In this document: in pieces, positions 1 through 9,841 of the stretch | Position numbering within the stretch: the stretch's first letter is position 1 | Layout of the letters: every line of letters begins with the position of its first letter | DNA from: an uncultured Planctomycetia bacterium | GTDB taxonomy: Bacteria; Omnitrophota; Gorgyraeia; Duberdicusellales; 4484-171 | Assembly (NCBI GenBank): GCA_964629655.1 | Contig: CAZVQU010000002.1 | Span: forward strand, 226,814-290,813 | Reading direction: 5' to 3' | DNA: 64,000 bases | The notes under the pieces: model-generated | What the model was told of the DNA's origin: nothing | What the model saw: the letters and a program-made list of their open reading frames with translations, nothing else | Databases searched by the model: none | Translations under genes and position numbers: made by a program

Positions 1-602
1 TTGAATTTTCTGGCTAGATAGACTGCTCCTTTAGGAGTTGGGACTAGGTGCGAGAAAAAATCGATCTCTAAAGCCTCATCTTCAGCGCCATGATCTATCA
101 CCACCCCAATCATATAACCTTGGCGTATGCATTTAATCAGCTCCTTTAAAGTAGAACATACCTTTATTTTTTCTTCCTGACGCAACTCAACCAAAAATTT
201 ATCTAGCCCCTTATGCTTTTGTTGTTGGACCAAAACAGCAAAGTTATATCTCTGGGCCCAGCAAGAGATGGCTAGCTCCCAATTGCCGGCATGAATCCCT
301 ACAAATATACCTCCTCCAGGGTATTTGCCCTCTCCTTCTTTTACAGTTACATTCTCATATATCCTTGAGACGATTAGCTGTTCAACGACTGTTAAGCCGA
401 AGTGGTTGAAGCTCCTTCTTAAGATTGAATGCACTTGCCGGTTAGTCTTATTGGGAAAGGCTGCTTTTATATTCCTAAAAGCGACTCTCCGCTTACGGCC
501 GTTAAGATAGAAAAACAAACCAATTGCCCTAGCCAGGAAAAAAGAAACCCCTAAGGGTAATTTGTGTAAAGTCTTCTTTAGGAGTCTTGCCAGATAGTAC
601 AT
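1..602 (-). CDS. lpxL: Lipid A biosynthesis acyltransferase (LpxL/HtrB family), N-terminal part; C-terminus lies beyond the left edge
   Basis: Hand-translated minus frame from ATG at 602-600 gives MYYLARLLKKTLHKLPLGVSFFLARAIGLFFYLNGRKRRVA... with HAGNWELA at 293-270. No stop codon in positions 1-60 of this frame. The ATG overlaps the lpxK TGA stop by 1 nt. Confidence 0.6.
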   Translation of the reverse strand, partial: MYYLARLLKKTLHKLPLGVSFFLARAIGLFFYLNGRKRRVAFRNIKAAFPNKTNRQVHSILRRSFNHFGLTVVEQLIVSRIYENVTVKEGEGKYPGGGIFVGIHAGNWELAISCWAQRYNFAVLVQQQKHKGLDKFLVELRQEEKIKVCSTLKELIKCIRQGYMIGVVIDHGAEDEALEIDFFSHLVPTPKGAVYLARKF

Positions 603-1624
603 CATTGCTTGCCTGCCCTTGCTAACTTATCCTCCACGCTCTTTAAAAACTCATCTTCATTCTCTATTTCTAGCTCCACCTCTAAAACAAAAATATTTAG
701 CCTACTCGCAAGATTAGGAAAATGGTACTTATCTTTATGGGTAATGACTAAATCATTTATCCCATTCTTTATCAAATCGTCTTCCATGCTCCTAAATTCA
801 GCGTTATTTAGCTCATAGTGATCGGGATAAATTATTTTCTCGGCAATGTCTAAGCCAAGCTCGGATAACTTATTAAGAAACCCTCCAGGATAACCTATAG
901 CAGTGAAAGCTGCCAACCTTCGCCCAAGCAAGGAATCACTCTTAAGCTTATTACCTTTTAAATCTAGAAAGCCCTTGTTGGTGTATTTCGAAAAATATAT
1001 CTTAAGTTGCGGGGCAACTTTTAAAATTGACTTTTTTATCGCCTCGGTATCGTTCATCTCCTCTTTGTAATTGAGAAGCAAAATATCAGCCCTTTTTAAA
1101 GAGCTTAAGGGTTCCCGGAAAAAGTAGGCTGGTATCAATCTCGGTTTTTTCTGAAAATCTCTTGAGCTCATCATAACGATATCCACATCTCTAGCTAAAC
1201 TTCGATGCTGAAAGCCATCATCGAGAAGAAAAAGATCAAAGGAATTCTCCAGTCGCCTAGCTAACTTACTCCTGCTGGTGTTGGAGAAAACATCATCAGT
1301 CTTCTCTTTAATCAACCTACCTTCATCTTGGCCATAGCCACGACGCAAGATAGCTGTCTTGTATTTAGGTGATAGGTGTTCGTGGAGCCACAGACTTAGA
1401 GTAGTCTTGCCTGAACCAGACCAGGAGAGATTTCCAACACTAACAACCTTAGCCTTTGAGACAAAGCTCGGTACAATCTTTAACTTGTAAAATAGATTTC
1501 TAAGAAATACCCCCGCCCCAAAAACAGAAGAGAGTAAGCAGAGTAAAGAGAAAAAAAGCGATTCGAAAATATTCCTCTGGCTCTTCTCTAGGATGGCTAG
1601 ATACCACTTCTTTAGTCTTAGCAT
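602..1624 (-). CDS. lpxK: Tetraacyldisaccharide 4'-kinase
   Basis: N-terminal TM segment, P-loop VVSVGNLSWSGSGKTTLSLWL, and C-terminal GYPGGF...YPDHY motifs typical of LpxK. Confidence 0.85.
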   Translation of the reverse strand: MLRLKKWYLAILEKSQRNIFESLFFSLLCLLSSVFGAGVFLRNLFYKLKIVPSFVSKAKVVSVGNLSWSGSGKTTLSLWLHEHLSPKYKTAILRRGYGQDEGRLIKEKTDDVFSNTSRSKLARRLENSFDLFLLDDGFQHRSLARDVDIVMMSSRDFQKKPRLIPAYFFREPLSSLKRADILLLNYKEEMNDTEAIKKSILKVAPQLKIYFSKYTNKGFLDLKGNKLKSDSLLGRRLAAFTAIGYPGGFLNKLSELGLDIAEKIIYPDHYELNNAEFRSMEDDLIKNGINDLVITHKDKYHFPNLASRLNIFVLEVELEIENEDEFLKSVEDKLARAGKQ

Positions 1625-1640
1625 TGCCTTAATCTTCTGC

Positions 1641-2918
1641 TTAACTTCCTGACAAATACTTTAAGATTATATCTAAGTTGCTATTTAAGCTCTTCTTCTC
1701 GCCTTCAAAAACTTCCCGGCAGCGGTTGCCTAAATTATTCTTTAGTGCTGTATCGCTTACTAACCCTAATAATACCTCACCTAGTTCTTCCCGGCTCCTC
1801 ACCTTAATACCGGCACCTTTTTCCAAAACAATCTCCTCAATATCGAGAAAATTATCCATATTTGGACCAAAGACAGTCGGCTTTAGAAAATATATTGGTT
1901 CTAAAATATTATGCCCGCCATCTTTGGATAGACTCCCGCCAACAAAACAAATATCAGCTATACTGTAAAAATACATTAGCTCCCCTACGGTATCAGCTAT
2001 AAAGACATTCCGCGTATCTGCAAGATTTTCCTCAACCTTACTCATCCTTACTGGATTAAAACTTGCCAGACGAACGGTCTTCTCAATCTGCGATGCTCTT
2101 TCAGGATGACGCGGAACAATGAGCAAAGTAACCCCTCCTGGGCTCTTAAAAATATCCTTGTAGATATCGATTACAATCTCCTCTTCAGGTTCATGGGTGC
2201 TGGCAATAACCAAAAGCTTATTGCCGTCTCTCTTAAGAATAGATTTATACTTCTCCTGCTTTTTGCGTAGCTTATCCTCATCTACTAAGATACTATCGAA
2301 TTTCATATTGCCGCTAATGACAACCTTCTTGGGATCAGCACCAAGAAAAACAAATCTCTCCTCGTAGAGTGAATTTTGGACACCAATATAATCGCACTTT
2401 CCAAGAACCCTCTTCATAAAAGGTCTTATCAGCCGATAATGCTTGAAGGCCTTATCAGAAATCCTTCCGTTAATAATAACTATTGGAATTTTCTTTTTCT
2501 TTAAGCGATAAAAGAGGTTCGGCCAAATCTCAGTCTCGACTGCAATAAATACCTTGGGCTTAATCACCCTGATGACCCTTTCAAGTATGAATGAAAGATC
2601 AAAGGGAAAGAAAATTATTTTTGCTAAGTGTGAATAGCGTTTTTTGACAATTCTGTTGCCAGTCAAAGTTGTAGTTGATATTACTATCGGTAAGTCTTGA
2701 GACTCTTTTAAACTTTTTATTAAATTTCCAATTAGATTAGCTTCACCAACACTTACTACCTGTATCCAAATGGAATTCCTTATCTCTTTCGAGCTGATAA
2801 GTCCTAATTTCTCTCCTAAGGCCCGAAGGGTCATTTTCTTACGCCAAAGGTGCAAGGGTAGATAGACTATTAACCCCAGACAAAAGATAAGATCATAAAT
2901 TAAAAATAATATCACCAT
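1641..2918 (-). CDS. waaA: 3-deoxy-D-manno-octulosonic acid (Kdo) transferase
   Basis: N-terminal membrane anchor and IWIQVVSVGE motif matching the KdtA/WaaA WIHAASVGE motif, in 425 aa. Adjacent to lpxK. Confidence 0.85.
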   Translation of the reverse strand: MVILFLIYDLIFCLGLIVYLPLHLWRKKMTLRALGEKLGLISSKEIRNSIWIQVVSVGEANLIGNLIKSLKESQDLPIVISTTTLTGNRIVKKRYSHLAKIIFFPFDLSFILERVIRVIKPKVFIAVETEIWPNLFYRLKKKKIPIVIINGRISDKAFKHYRLIRPFMKRVLGKCDYIGVQNSLYEERFVFLGADPKKVVISGNMKFDSILVDEDKLRKKQEKYKSILKRDGNKLLVIASTHEPEEEIVIDIYKDIFKSPGGVTLLIVPRHPERASQIEKTVRLASFNPVRMSKVEENLADTRNVFIADTVGELMYFYSIADICFVGGSLSKDGGHNILEPIYFLKPTVFGPNMDNFLDIEEIVLEKGAGIKVRSREELGEVLLGLVSDTALKNNLGNRCREVFEGEKKSLNSNLDIILKYLSGS

Positions 2919-3799
2919 TACTTTGCTCGTGGATGTGCTTTCTGGTAAACACTCTTGAGAGAATCAATAGTTAAATGAGTATACACCTGAGTAGTAGCTA
3001 TGCTCGAATGCCCTAGGAGCTCTTGCACACTTCGTAAATCTGCCCCTCTATTAAGAAGATGAGTGGCGAAAGAGTGACGAAATGTATGCGGAGAGACTTT
3101 CGAATTCATGGCAGCTTTCTTCATATATTTATATACAATATCCCTTATCCCGCGATCAGTTAAAGTTCCTCCGCGCTTATTTAAGAATAAAGAAGGGTTA
3201 CTATCGCCACATTTATCAATATACTTCTTTAAGCTATTTAGGGCTGGTTCGCCCAAAGGAAGAAGGCGCTCTTTTTTACCCTTGCCTCTTACCTTAGCAA
3301 TTCCGCCTATAAAATCCACGCTCTCCTTCTTCAACGAAACCATCTCTGATACGCGGGCCCCAGTCGAATAGAGAAATTCTAGGATTGCTCTATCTCTTAG
3401 AACCGAAAGCTCGCTTCCTTTGGGTAGTTTCAACATATTCCCAACTTCTTTCTCAGTTAAAAAATTCGGTAAAGGCTTATCTAACCTGGGGTATATCAAT
3501 GAGGAGGCCGGATTGCTTTTTATTAAGCTCTCTCTAAGCATAAATTTAAAAAAACTCTTCATTGTTGAGATCTTCCTGGAAAGAGTTCGTTTATTCAATT
3601 TCTTTTCGCTTAGCACACTCAAGAATTTTCTTAATAAAAAATAATCAATTCTCTTTATGTCTTTTCCCCCGCGAGACTCCAGAAAATCTCCGAACTCCCG
3701 AAGATCGGCCGCATAATTATTAATGGTATGACCGGAATAATTTTTCTCGATATTTAAGTAATTCAAAAATCTATCAATATAGTGAGAAAAAGGAATCAT
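2918..3799 (-). CDS. Tyrosine site-specific recombinase XerC/XerD family
   Basis: C-terminal catalytic motifs HTFRHSFATHLL and LLGHSSIATTQVYTH with the conserved Tyr. 293 aa. Confidence 0.8.
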   Translation of the reverse strand: MIPFSHYIDRFLNYLNIEKNYSGHTINNYAADLREFGDFLESRGGKDIKRIDYFLLRKFLSVLSEKKLNKRTLSRKISTMKSFFKFMLRESLIKSNPASSLIYPRLDKPLPNFLTEKEVGNMLKLPKGSELSVLRDRAILEFLYSTGARVSEMVSLKKESVDFIGGIAKVRGKGKKERLLPLGEPALNSLKKYIDKCGDSNPSLFLNKRGGTLTDRGIRDIVYKYMKKAAMNSKVSPHTFRHSFATHLLNRGADLRSVQELLGHSSIATTQVYTHLTIDSLKSVYQKAHPRAK

Positions 3800-3802
3800 C
3801 TT

Positions 3803-5827
3803 TTAATCTTCTTCCTTCATATCTTCCTGGCTATTATTTTTTTGATCCTCGGGTAATAAACGATTAGTATAGGTGCAATTAGGAAATTTACTGCAACCAT
3901 AAAAATTTTGGCCTCTGCGATTTCTCCTTTCTACCAATTGCCCTTCTTCGCAATCCGGGCAGGCAACTCCAGTAGTAATACTCTCGGCATAACGGCAACG
4001 GGGGAAGTTTTCGCAACTTAGGAACCTGCCTCTTCGCGACCACTTTATTACTAATCTGCCCTTGCACTTAGGGCAAATCTTGTCTGAATACTCAACTTCT
4101 TTCTTGATCGAAAGTAAAACTTTCTCTGCCTTTTTGTCAAAAGCTGGATAGAAACCTTCTAGGACCTTCTGCCACTGAGCTTTTCCTTTTTCTACCTCAT
4201 CTAACTTCTCTTCTAGGAAAGCTGTAAAGCCTTCATCCATAATCTGGGAAAAATGCTTTATTAAAAGATCGCTCACTTTTATGCCTAACACAGTGGGAAG
4301 AAAAGACCTTTTTTCTCTGCGGGCATAATTTCTCCTAAAAAGTGTATAGATAATCGGAGCATAAGTAGACGGACGGCCAACACCTTTCTCTTCCAATAGT
4401 TTTACTAAAGAAGCATCATTGTAGCGGGCCGGGGCTTTAGTGGTATGTTCTGTAACTTCTAAATCCTCTAAGGTAACTCCTTGGCCTTCTTCTAAAGGCG
4501 GAAGAAGATTATCATCGCCTCCGTCACCTAAGACTTTTAAAAATCCTTCAAATAAGACTCGCAGACCTTTAACCTCAAACTCTACATCCTTTGATGCTAT
4601 TTTAGCTTTACTCGACTCTAGCACTGCTTCTTTCATAAAACCAGCCACAAACCTTCTCCAAATCAACTCATACAACCTTGCCTCATCATCAACGATAAAC
4701 TGCTTCATTTCTTCAGGCTGGCGGTAAATACTCGTAGGCCTTATCGCTTCATGGGCTAACTGCGCACCTTTTTTCTGCTTATGGTGATAGTCGTGTAGAG
4801 ATAAATAATCCTGGCCGAATTTTTCTTGAACAAACTCTTTGGCCTCTTTTCTTGCCTTTGTGCTTATATGAAAAGAATCAGTACGCATATAGGTAATAAG
4901 ACCTACGCTTTTTTCTAGAATCTGAGCACCTTCGTAAAGCTTCTGAGCCACCATCATCGTTCTCCTAGCTGAAAGCCTTAGGCGGTTAAAAGCGTCTTGT
5001 TGAAGTGAAGAAGTTATAAACGGTGGTGGTGGTTTGCGTTTAGTCTCTTTTTTACTTAGATTCTTTACAAAAAATGCCTGACTTTTTATCTGATCAAGAT
5101 ATTTTTGGGCATCTTTCCTATTTTCAAAAACCCCTTTTTTGCCCTTACATTTAGTAAGCTTTGCTTTAAATATATTTGAACCAGCTCTAAATTTTGCCTC
5201 TAAAGAAAAAGTAGTCTTAGGCACAAAATTCATAATTTCTTTTTCCCTCTCAACAATAAATTTTAGAGCAATTGACTGGACTCTGCCTGCTGATAAACCC
5301 CGCACTATCCTCTTCCAAAGAATAGGTGACAGCCGATATCCCACTATTCTATCTAAGACTCTTCTGGCTATTTGAGCATTAACTTTACGCATATCCAAAT
5401 GGCTGTGCTTCTTGAATGCTTCCTTAATAGCTTCCTCGGTTATTTCATGAAAAACAACACGATAAAACTTCTTATTTTTAGAATCCAGCTCATTTTTTAT
5501 ATGCCAGCTAATCGCTTCTCCCTCTCGATCAGAGTCAGTTGCTAAATAAATAGCTTCCTTACCTTTAGATTTCTTCTTCAACTGGGCAATCATCTTCTCT
5601 TTACCGGGAATAACCTGATAAACAGGCTCAAACCCATTTTCGACATCTACAGAGATTTTATTTGAAGGTAAATCAACTACATGGCCCATCGAAGAAGTTA
5701 CGTCATACTCCTTGCCCAATATCGAAGAAATCGTTTTGGCCTTAGTCGGTGATTCTACAACCACTAAATACCTACTCCCGTCTCCATCTTTAACTTTTGT
5801 TTTTGTTTTTCTTGGCTTACTACTCAT
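3803..5827 (-). CDS. topA: DNA topoisomerase I
   Basis: Toprim N-terminus (VVVESPTKAKTI), GHVVDLP, and C-terminal Cys4 zinc ribbons (CPKCKG...CENFPRC; CPDC...GCSKFPNC). Confidence 0.9.
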   Translation of the reverse strand: MSSKPRKTKTKVKDGDGSRYLVVVESPTKAKTISSILGKEYDVTSSMGHVVDLPSNKISVDVENGFEPVYQVIPGKEKMIAQLKKKSKGKEAIYLATDSDREGEAISWHIKNELDSKNKKFYRVVFHEITEEAIKEAFKKHSHLDMRKVNAQIARRVLDRIVGYRLSPILWKRIVRGLSAGRVQSIALKFIVEREKEIMNFVPKTTFSLEAKFRAGSNIFKAKLTKCKGKKGVFENRKDAQKYLDQIKSQAFFVKNLSKKETKRKPPPPFITSSLQQDAFNRLRLSARRTMMVAQKLYEGAQILEKSVGLITYMRTDSFHISTKARKEAKEFVQEKFGQDYLSLHDYHHKQKKGAQLAHEAIRPTSIYRQPEEMKQFIVDDEARLYELIWRRFVAGFMKEAVLESSKAKIASKDVEFEVKGLRVLFEGFLKVLGDGGDDNLLPPLEEGQGVTLEDLEVTEHTTKAPARYNDASLVKLLEEKGVGRPSTYAPIIYTLFRRNYARREKRSFLPTVLGIKVSDLLIKHFSQIMDEGFTAFLEEKLDEVEKGKAQWQKVLEGFYPAFDKKAEKVLLSIKKEVEYSDKICPKCKGRLVIKWSRRGRFLSCENFPRCRYAESITTGVACPDCEEGQLVERRNRRGQNFYGCSKFPNCTYTNRLLPEDQKNNSQEDMKEED

Positions 5828-5846
5828 AACTTCCCACTCAGGACTT

Positions 5847-6758
5847 CTAACTTACTTGTGCCTGTTGTGTCCGTAAGGGTATAAGGGTATCGCTCACAGC
5901 CACACCTAGCTCTTCTAATATATCATCTAAACAATCGACAAGTTTTGCGCCCTCTTTTATTAAAATATGGGTCCCTTTACTTAAGGGAGAATTTATACTT
6001 CCGGGAATAGCAAATACCTCCCGATTCTGTTCACAGGCTGAATGAGCGGTTATTAGAGCACCGCTGCGCGATGTTGCCTCAACAACCAAGACTCCTTTAG
6101 ACATTCCACTAACAATCCTATTTCTTCGAGGAAAATTCTCCCTTGAAGGTGAGGTAAGTAGTGGGTATTCCGAGACAACCGCTCCCGAAGAAGCAATTTC
6201 ACAAGCTAGGTTCTTATTTTCTCTCGGATAGATATTAAGCAATCCGCTTCCTAAAACAGCTATTGTGCCTCCTGTCTTGATCGCCTCCTGATGAGCAATA
6301 GTATCTATGCCCCGGGCTAAGCCTGAAACGATAACTATGCCCTTTTTAGAAAGCTTATCAGAAAAATCCCCGGCTATCGATATACCGTAACTAGTCGGTT
6401 TGCGGCTGCCGACGATAGCAAATAAAAACTTTCCCAATACCTTACGATCACCCTTAAGGTAAAGAACTATCGGAGGATTTTCTATTTCCTTTAGTAAACT
6501 AGGGTAATCTTGGTCAAAAATATCTAAACAATCTATATTTTCCTTAGTGATTAGTTCTAGCTCTTGATCCAATGCCTCTAAGGTTCTCTTAGATAATATT
6601 CTCTCAACATCATTATCTTGCAAATAAGGGATCTCTCTTAATCTCTCAGCATCAGCCCTGAATATCTGATCAATGTCCTCAAAAGCAGATAAAAGATTAG
6701 AAATCTTCTGAGGAGTCAGATTTAGGAGATTAAGTAGAATCGCGCCTTTCTTAGCCAT
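5847..6758 (-). CDS. dprA: DNA processing protein DprA (Smf)
   Basis: Rossmann-like core GLARGIDTIAHQEAIKTGGTIAVLGSGL...EYP typical of DprA. The dprA-topA pairing is common. Confidence 0.85.
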   Translation of the reverse strand: MAKKGAILLNLLNLTPQKISNLLSAFEDIDQIFRADAERLREIPYLQDNDVERILSKRTLEALDQELELITKENIDCLDIFDQDYPSLLKEIENPPIVLYLKGDRKVLGKFLFAIVGSRKPTSYGISIAGDFSDKLSKKGIVIVSGLARGIDTIAHQEAIKTGGTIAVLGSGLLNIYPRENKNLACEIASSGAVVSEYPLLTSPSRENFPRRNRIVSGMSKGVLVVEATSRSGALITAHSACEQNREVFAIPGSINSPLSKGTHILIKEGAKLVDCLDDILEELGVAVSDTLIPLRTQQAQVS

Positions 6759-7257
6759 GGTTTAAAATAGCTATAATCTTATCAGAAACTTCTTCAGGCG
6801 AAAGGCTATCAGTATCAATTGAGCACTGAGCCTGTGCATAGCAAGGAGCCCTTTCTTTGAGCAATTGCTTAATCTTCTCTTGGGGGTCCTCAACATTGAG
6901 AATCGGACGATGGGCATGCTCTTTTGTCCTTTGGTAAATTGTCGAAACTGATGCCGTCAAAGCAAAGACTGCCCCGGTTTCCTTAAGCAATTTTAAGTTT
7001 TCCTGATCACAGATCAGTCCACCGCCACAGCTAACTACCAAATCCTCCCTTTCGCTCAACTCCCCAAGCAGTGTTTTCTCAAGACTACGAAAGTAAGCTT
7101 CTCCCTTATTGGCAAAGATATCGACAATTTCTGTGCCCTGCTTTTTCTCAATAGCAGCATCCATCTCTACAAACTCCTTGCCTAACCTCTTAGCAAGAAT
7201 TTTGCCAACAGCGGTCTTGCCAGTACCCATAAATCCTACTAAATAGATATTTTTCAT
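6751..7257 (-). CDS. aroK: Shikimate kinase
   Basis: MKNIYLVGFMGTGKTAVGKILAKRLG Walker A motif. 168 aa. Confidence 0.85.
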   Translation of the reverse strand: MKNIYLVGFMGTGKTAVGKILAKRLGKEFVEMDAAIEKKQGTEIVDIFANKGEAYFRSLEKTLLGELSEREDLVVSCGGGLICDQENLKLLKETGAVFALTASVSTIYQRTKEHAHRPILNVEDPQEKIKQLLKERAPCYAQAQCSIDTDSLSPEEVSDKIIAILNHG

Positions 7258-7295
7258 GATATCGTTAAGAATCTAATCGCCAAAACAGTATTAGT

Positions 7296-7324
7296 ATTAT
7301 CAAGGCAATTGGTGAGTTTGTCAA
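7296..7324 (-). promoter_or_regulatory. Putative sigma-70 promoter for aroK-dprA-topA (TTGACA-17-GATAAT read on the minus strand)
   Basis: Minus-strand sequence ttgacaAACTCACCAATTGCCTTgataat, about 35 nt upstream of the aroK ATG, in a 147-nt intergenic gap. Confidence 0.45.
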
Positions 7325-7404
7325 GCTAGATGGCAAAGAAGACCTAAGAGCTAAAAAAATAGCTCCTCAGTCGCCATAAAGTGAAGATTTTTAAAGGTTT
7401 TTTC

Positions 7405-8568
7405 TTATTTCCCGTACTTCTTTATAAGGGCAAGGGCAATGATATTCCGCTGAATTTGATTTGTGCCCTCATAAATCTGGGTTATTTTTGCATCGCGCAT
7501 GAACTTCTCTATCGGGTAATCCCGCATGTAGCCATAACCACCATATATCTGGACAGCATTAGTGGTTACTTCCATAGCCACATCAGATGCAAACATCTTG
7601 GCAGCTGCGCTGGCTGGGCCTACATTTTTAATACCTCTATCAACCATTGAAGCAACGCTATAGACTAAACTTCTAGCCGCTTCAATCTTAGTAGCCATAT
7701 CAGCAAGCATCCATTGTATCCCCTGAAAAGAACTTATCGGCTTGTCGAATTGAACCCTCTGATGGGCATAGGCAGTAGCCAGCTCTAAAGCTCCTTGGGC
7801 AATTCCTACAGCTTGAGCAGCAACTCCCGGACGGGATTGGTCAAAGGTCTTCATGGTAGAGATAAAACCAATACCTTCTTTTCCGCCTAAAAGGTTCTCT
7901 TTAGGTACCTTAACGTCAGTAAAAATAAGCTCATTAGTAGAAGATGCTCTTATGCCCAGCTTCTCCTCCTTTTTCCCAAAAGTAAAGCCTTCGGCCCCTT
8001 TCTCGAGAATAAAGGCTGATACACCGCGTGGACCTTTGTTCTTGTCAGTAACAGCAATTACGGTATAAACTTCAGCGTCTCCGCCATTAGTGATGAAGTG
8101 CTTAGTCCCGTTTAGGATATAGCAATCGCCATCTTTTCTAGCTGTAGTCTTTACTGCGGCTGCATCGGAACCAGCTTCAGGCTCAGTTAAACCAAAAGCA
8201 GTCAATTTCTTTCCCGAAGCTATATCCGGCAAATACTTTTTCTTCTGCTCCTCGGTGCCGTTAATTAGAATCGGAAACATGCCCAAATAAGAAGCAGCAT
8301 AAGCAGTAGCGACTCCTCCGTCAACACGGGAGATTTCCTCAGTAGCAATACATAAATCCATAAGATTGCCACCCATTCCTCCATAGGCTTCAGGTATACA
8401 TAGAGAGAATAAATCCGATTGGCCTAAGACTTTAATAATGTCTGCGGGAAACTCTTCTTTTTCATCAAGCTCCCGAGAGTTAGGCCGAATCTTTTCTTCG
8501 GCAATTTGCCGGCATAAATCACGTAACATTTTTTGGTCTTCAGTTAATGGATAATCAACTAGAAACAT
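7405..8568 (-). CDS. Acyl-CoA dehydrogenase (short/medium-chain type)
   Basis: C-terminal QIYGGYGYMRDYPIEKFMRDAKITQIYEGTNQIQR is the classic ACAD signature. 387 aa. Confidence 0.8.
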   Translation of the reverse strand: MFLVDYPLTEDQKMLRDLCRQIAEEKIRPNSRELDEKEEFPADIIKVLGQSDLFSLCIPEAYGGMGGNLMDLCIATEEISRVDGGVATAYAASYLGMFPILINGTEEQKKKYLPDIASGKKLTAFGLTEPEAGSDAAAVKTTARKDGDCYILNGTKHFITNGGDAEVYTVIAVTDKNKGPRGVSAFILEKGAEGFTFGKKEEKLGIRASSTNELIFTDVKVPKENLLGGKEGIGFISTMKTFDQSRPGVAAQAVGIAQGALELATAYAHQRVQFDKPISSFQGIQWMLADMATKIEAARSLVYSVASMVDRGIKNVGPASAAAKMFASDVAMEVTTNAVQIYGGYGYMRDYPIEKFMRDAKITQIYEGTNQIQRNIIALALIKKYGK

Positions 8569-8605
8569 TTTAATTCCTCCTTTTTCTTTAGTTTACGTAT
8601 TTTAC

Positions 8606-9841
8606 TTAAAAATTTAGAAGCTGGGGTATGATTTCCGATAAAGTCGGATGGATAAAAACACACCTCTTTAAATCGTCAACCTTTAAGTTATTCTTAATAC
8701 AGAGGGAAAGTATGCTAATCAGCTCACCGGCACTCTGGGAAATTATCCCGGCACCAATAATTCTTTTTCTCCTATCGATAAGAATCTCGATAAACCCGTC
8801 AGTGTCACCATAGACATAGCTAGAGGAAAATTTCATGAAGTTTGATTTAATCACCTCATATTTTATGCCTTTAAGTTTAGCTTCATCTTCTAATATCCCT
8901 ACCTTAGCTACCGAAGGAGAAGCAAACACACATTCACTAAGCCCCTTGTAATCTTGTCTTTGCTTCTTGCCCTTTATGTTGCTAATGCAAATATCGGCTT
9001 GGTATTGGGCTACATAAGCTAGGAGCTTGCCGCCAGTTATATCACCACAAGCATAAACACCTTTTAAATTTGTCCGTAAGTATTTATTGGTTTTTACCCA
9101 CCCTCCCGGGCTCTTGGCTAATTTTATAGCCTCGGTACCTAGTCCTTCTAGATTTGGCACCCTACCTACGGCAGAGACAACTAAATCAAAATTATCTAAA
9201 TTGTAATCTTTGACATCTTTACCAGTCTCTATTTTTATTCCTTTTCTCTCTAAAATTACCCTTAAACGAGCAGCTAAATAAGAATCAAAAGAAGGCAAAA
9301 TCCTGTCTTCTTTTTCAATCAGCGTCACATCTCTGCCAAAATTATTTAATAGTGAGGCTACCTCTAACCCAATATAGCCTCCGCCGATAATAAGGATTTT
9401 ATCGCCAATAGTATCTTTAGAAAATGAATCCTCGGCAAAAATGACTTTAGGACTGCTGATGATTGCCCTAGGAGATGAACCAGTAGCAATAATAATGTTC
9501 TTCGCCTTTATCTGAGTCCCGGCTACATCCAAACTGTTTCTATCTAAAAAACGGGCCTTACCCCAAAGCAAATCAAGACCTTGCTTTTCTAAAAACGGAA
9601 TTATCGGGGCTTTTATTTTGTTGATAACTTTCTGACTTCCGTTAAATGTATTTACCCAAGTTCCAGAAGCATGGGAAGATTTAAGGAAAAATTTGGTAGG
9701 GATACAGCCACGATTGATACAGGTTCCGCCCAAAGACTCTTTATCCTCTTCAATCAAGATTGTCTTTAATCCTGCCCTTAGGGCTCCCCTTGCGCAAGCA
9801 ATCCCTGCTGCTCCAGCGCCAATTATTGCTACTTCATACAT
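8606..9841 (-). CDS. FAD-dependent pyridine nucleotide-disulfide oxidoreductase, dihydrolipoyl dehydrogenase-like (short, 411 aa)
   Basis: FAD fold YEVAIIGAGAAG, redox-active disulfide GGTCINRGCIPTK, NAD fold ILIIGGGYIGLEV, C-terminal HPTLSE interface motif. Confidence 0.65.
   Translation of the reverse strand: MYEVAIIGAGAAGIACARGALRAGLKTILIEEDKESLGGTCINRGCIPTKFFLKSSHASGTWVNTFNGSQKVINKIKAPIIPFLEKQGLDLLWGKARFLDRNSLDVAGTQIKAKNIIIATGSSPRAIISSPKVIFAEDSFSKDTIGDKILIIGGGYIGLEVASLLNNFGRDVTLIEKEDRILPSFDSYLAARLRVILERKGIKIETGKDVKDYNLDNFDLVVSAVGRVPNLEGLGTEAIKLAKSPGGWVKTNKYLRTNLKGVYACGDITGGKLLAYVAQYQADICISNIKGKKQRQDYKGLSECVFASPSVAKVGILEDEAKLKGIKYEVIKSNFMKFSSSYVYGDTDGFIEILIDRRKRIIGAGIISQSAGELISILSLCIKNNLKVDDLKRCVFIHPTLSEIIPQLLNF

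Noticed and set aside
7381-7650. 89-aa plus-strand ORF at the acyl-CoA dehydrogenase 3' end
   Set aside because: Lies almost wholly inside the minus-strand ACAD gene, which has strong family signatures. No RBS, no recognisable motif.
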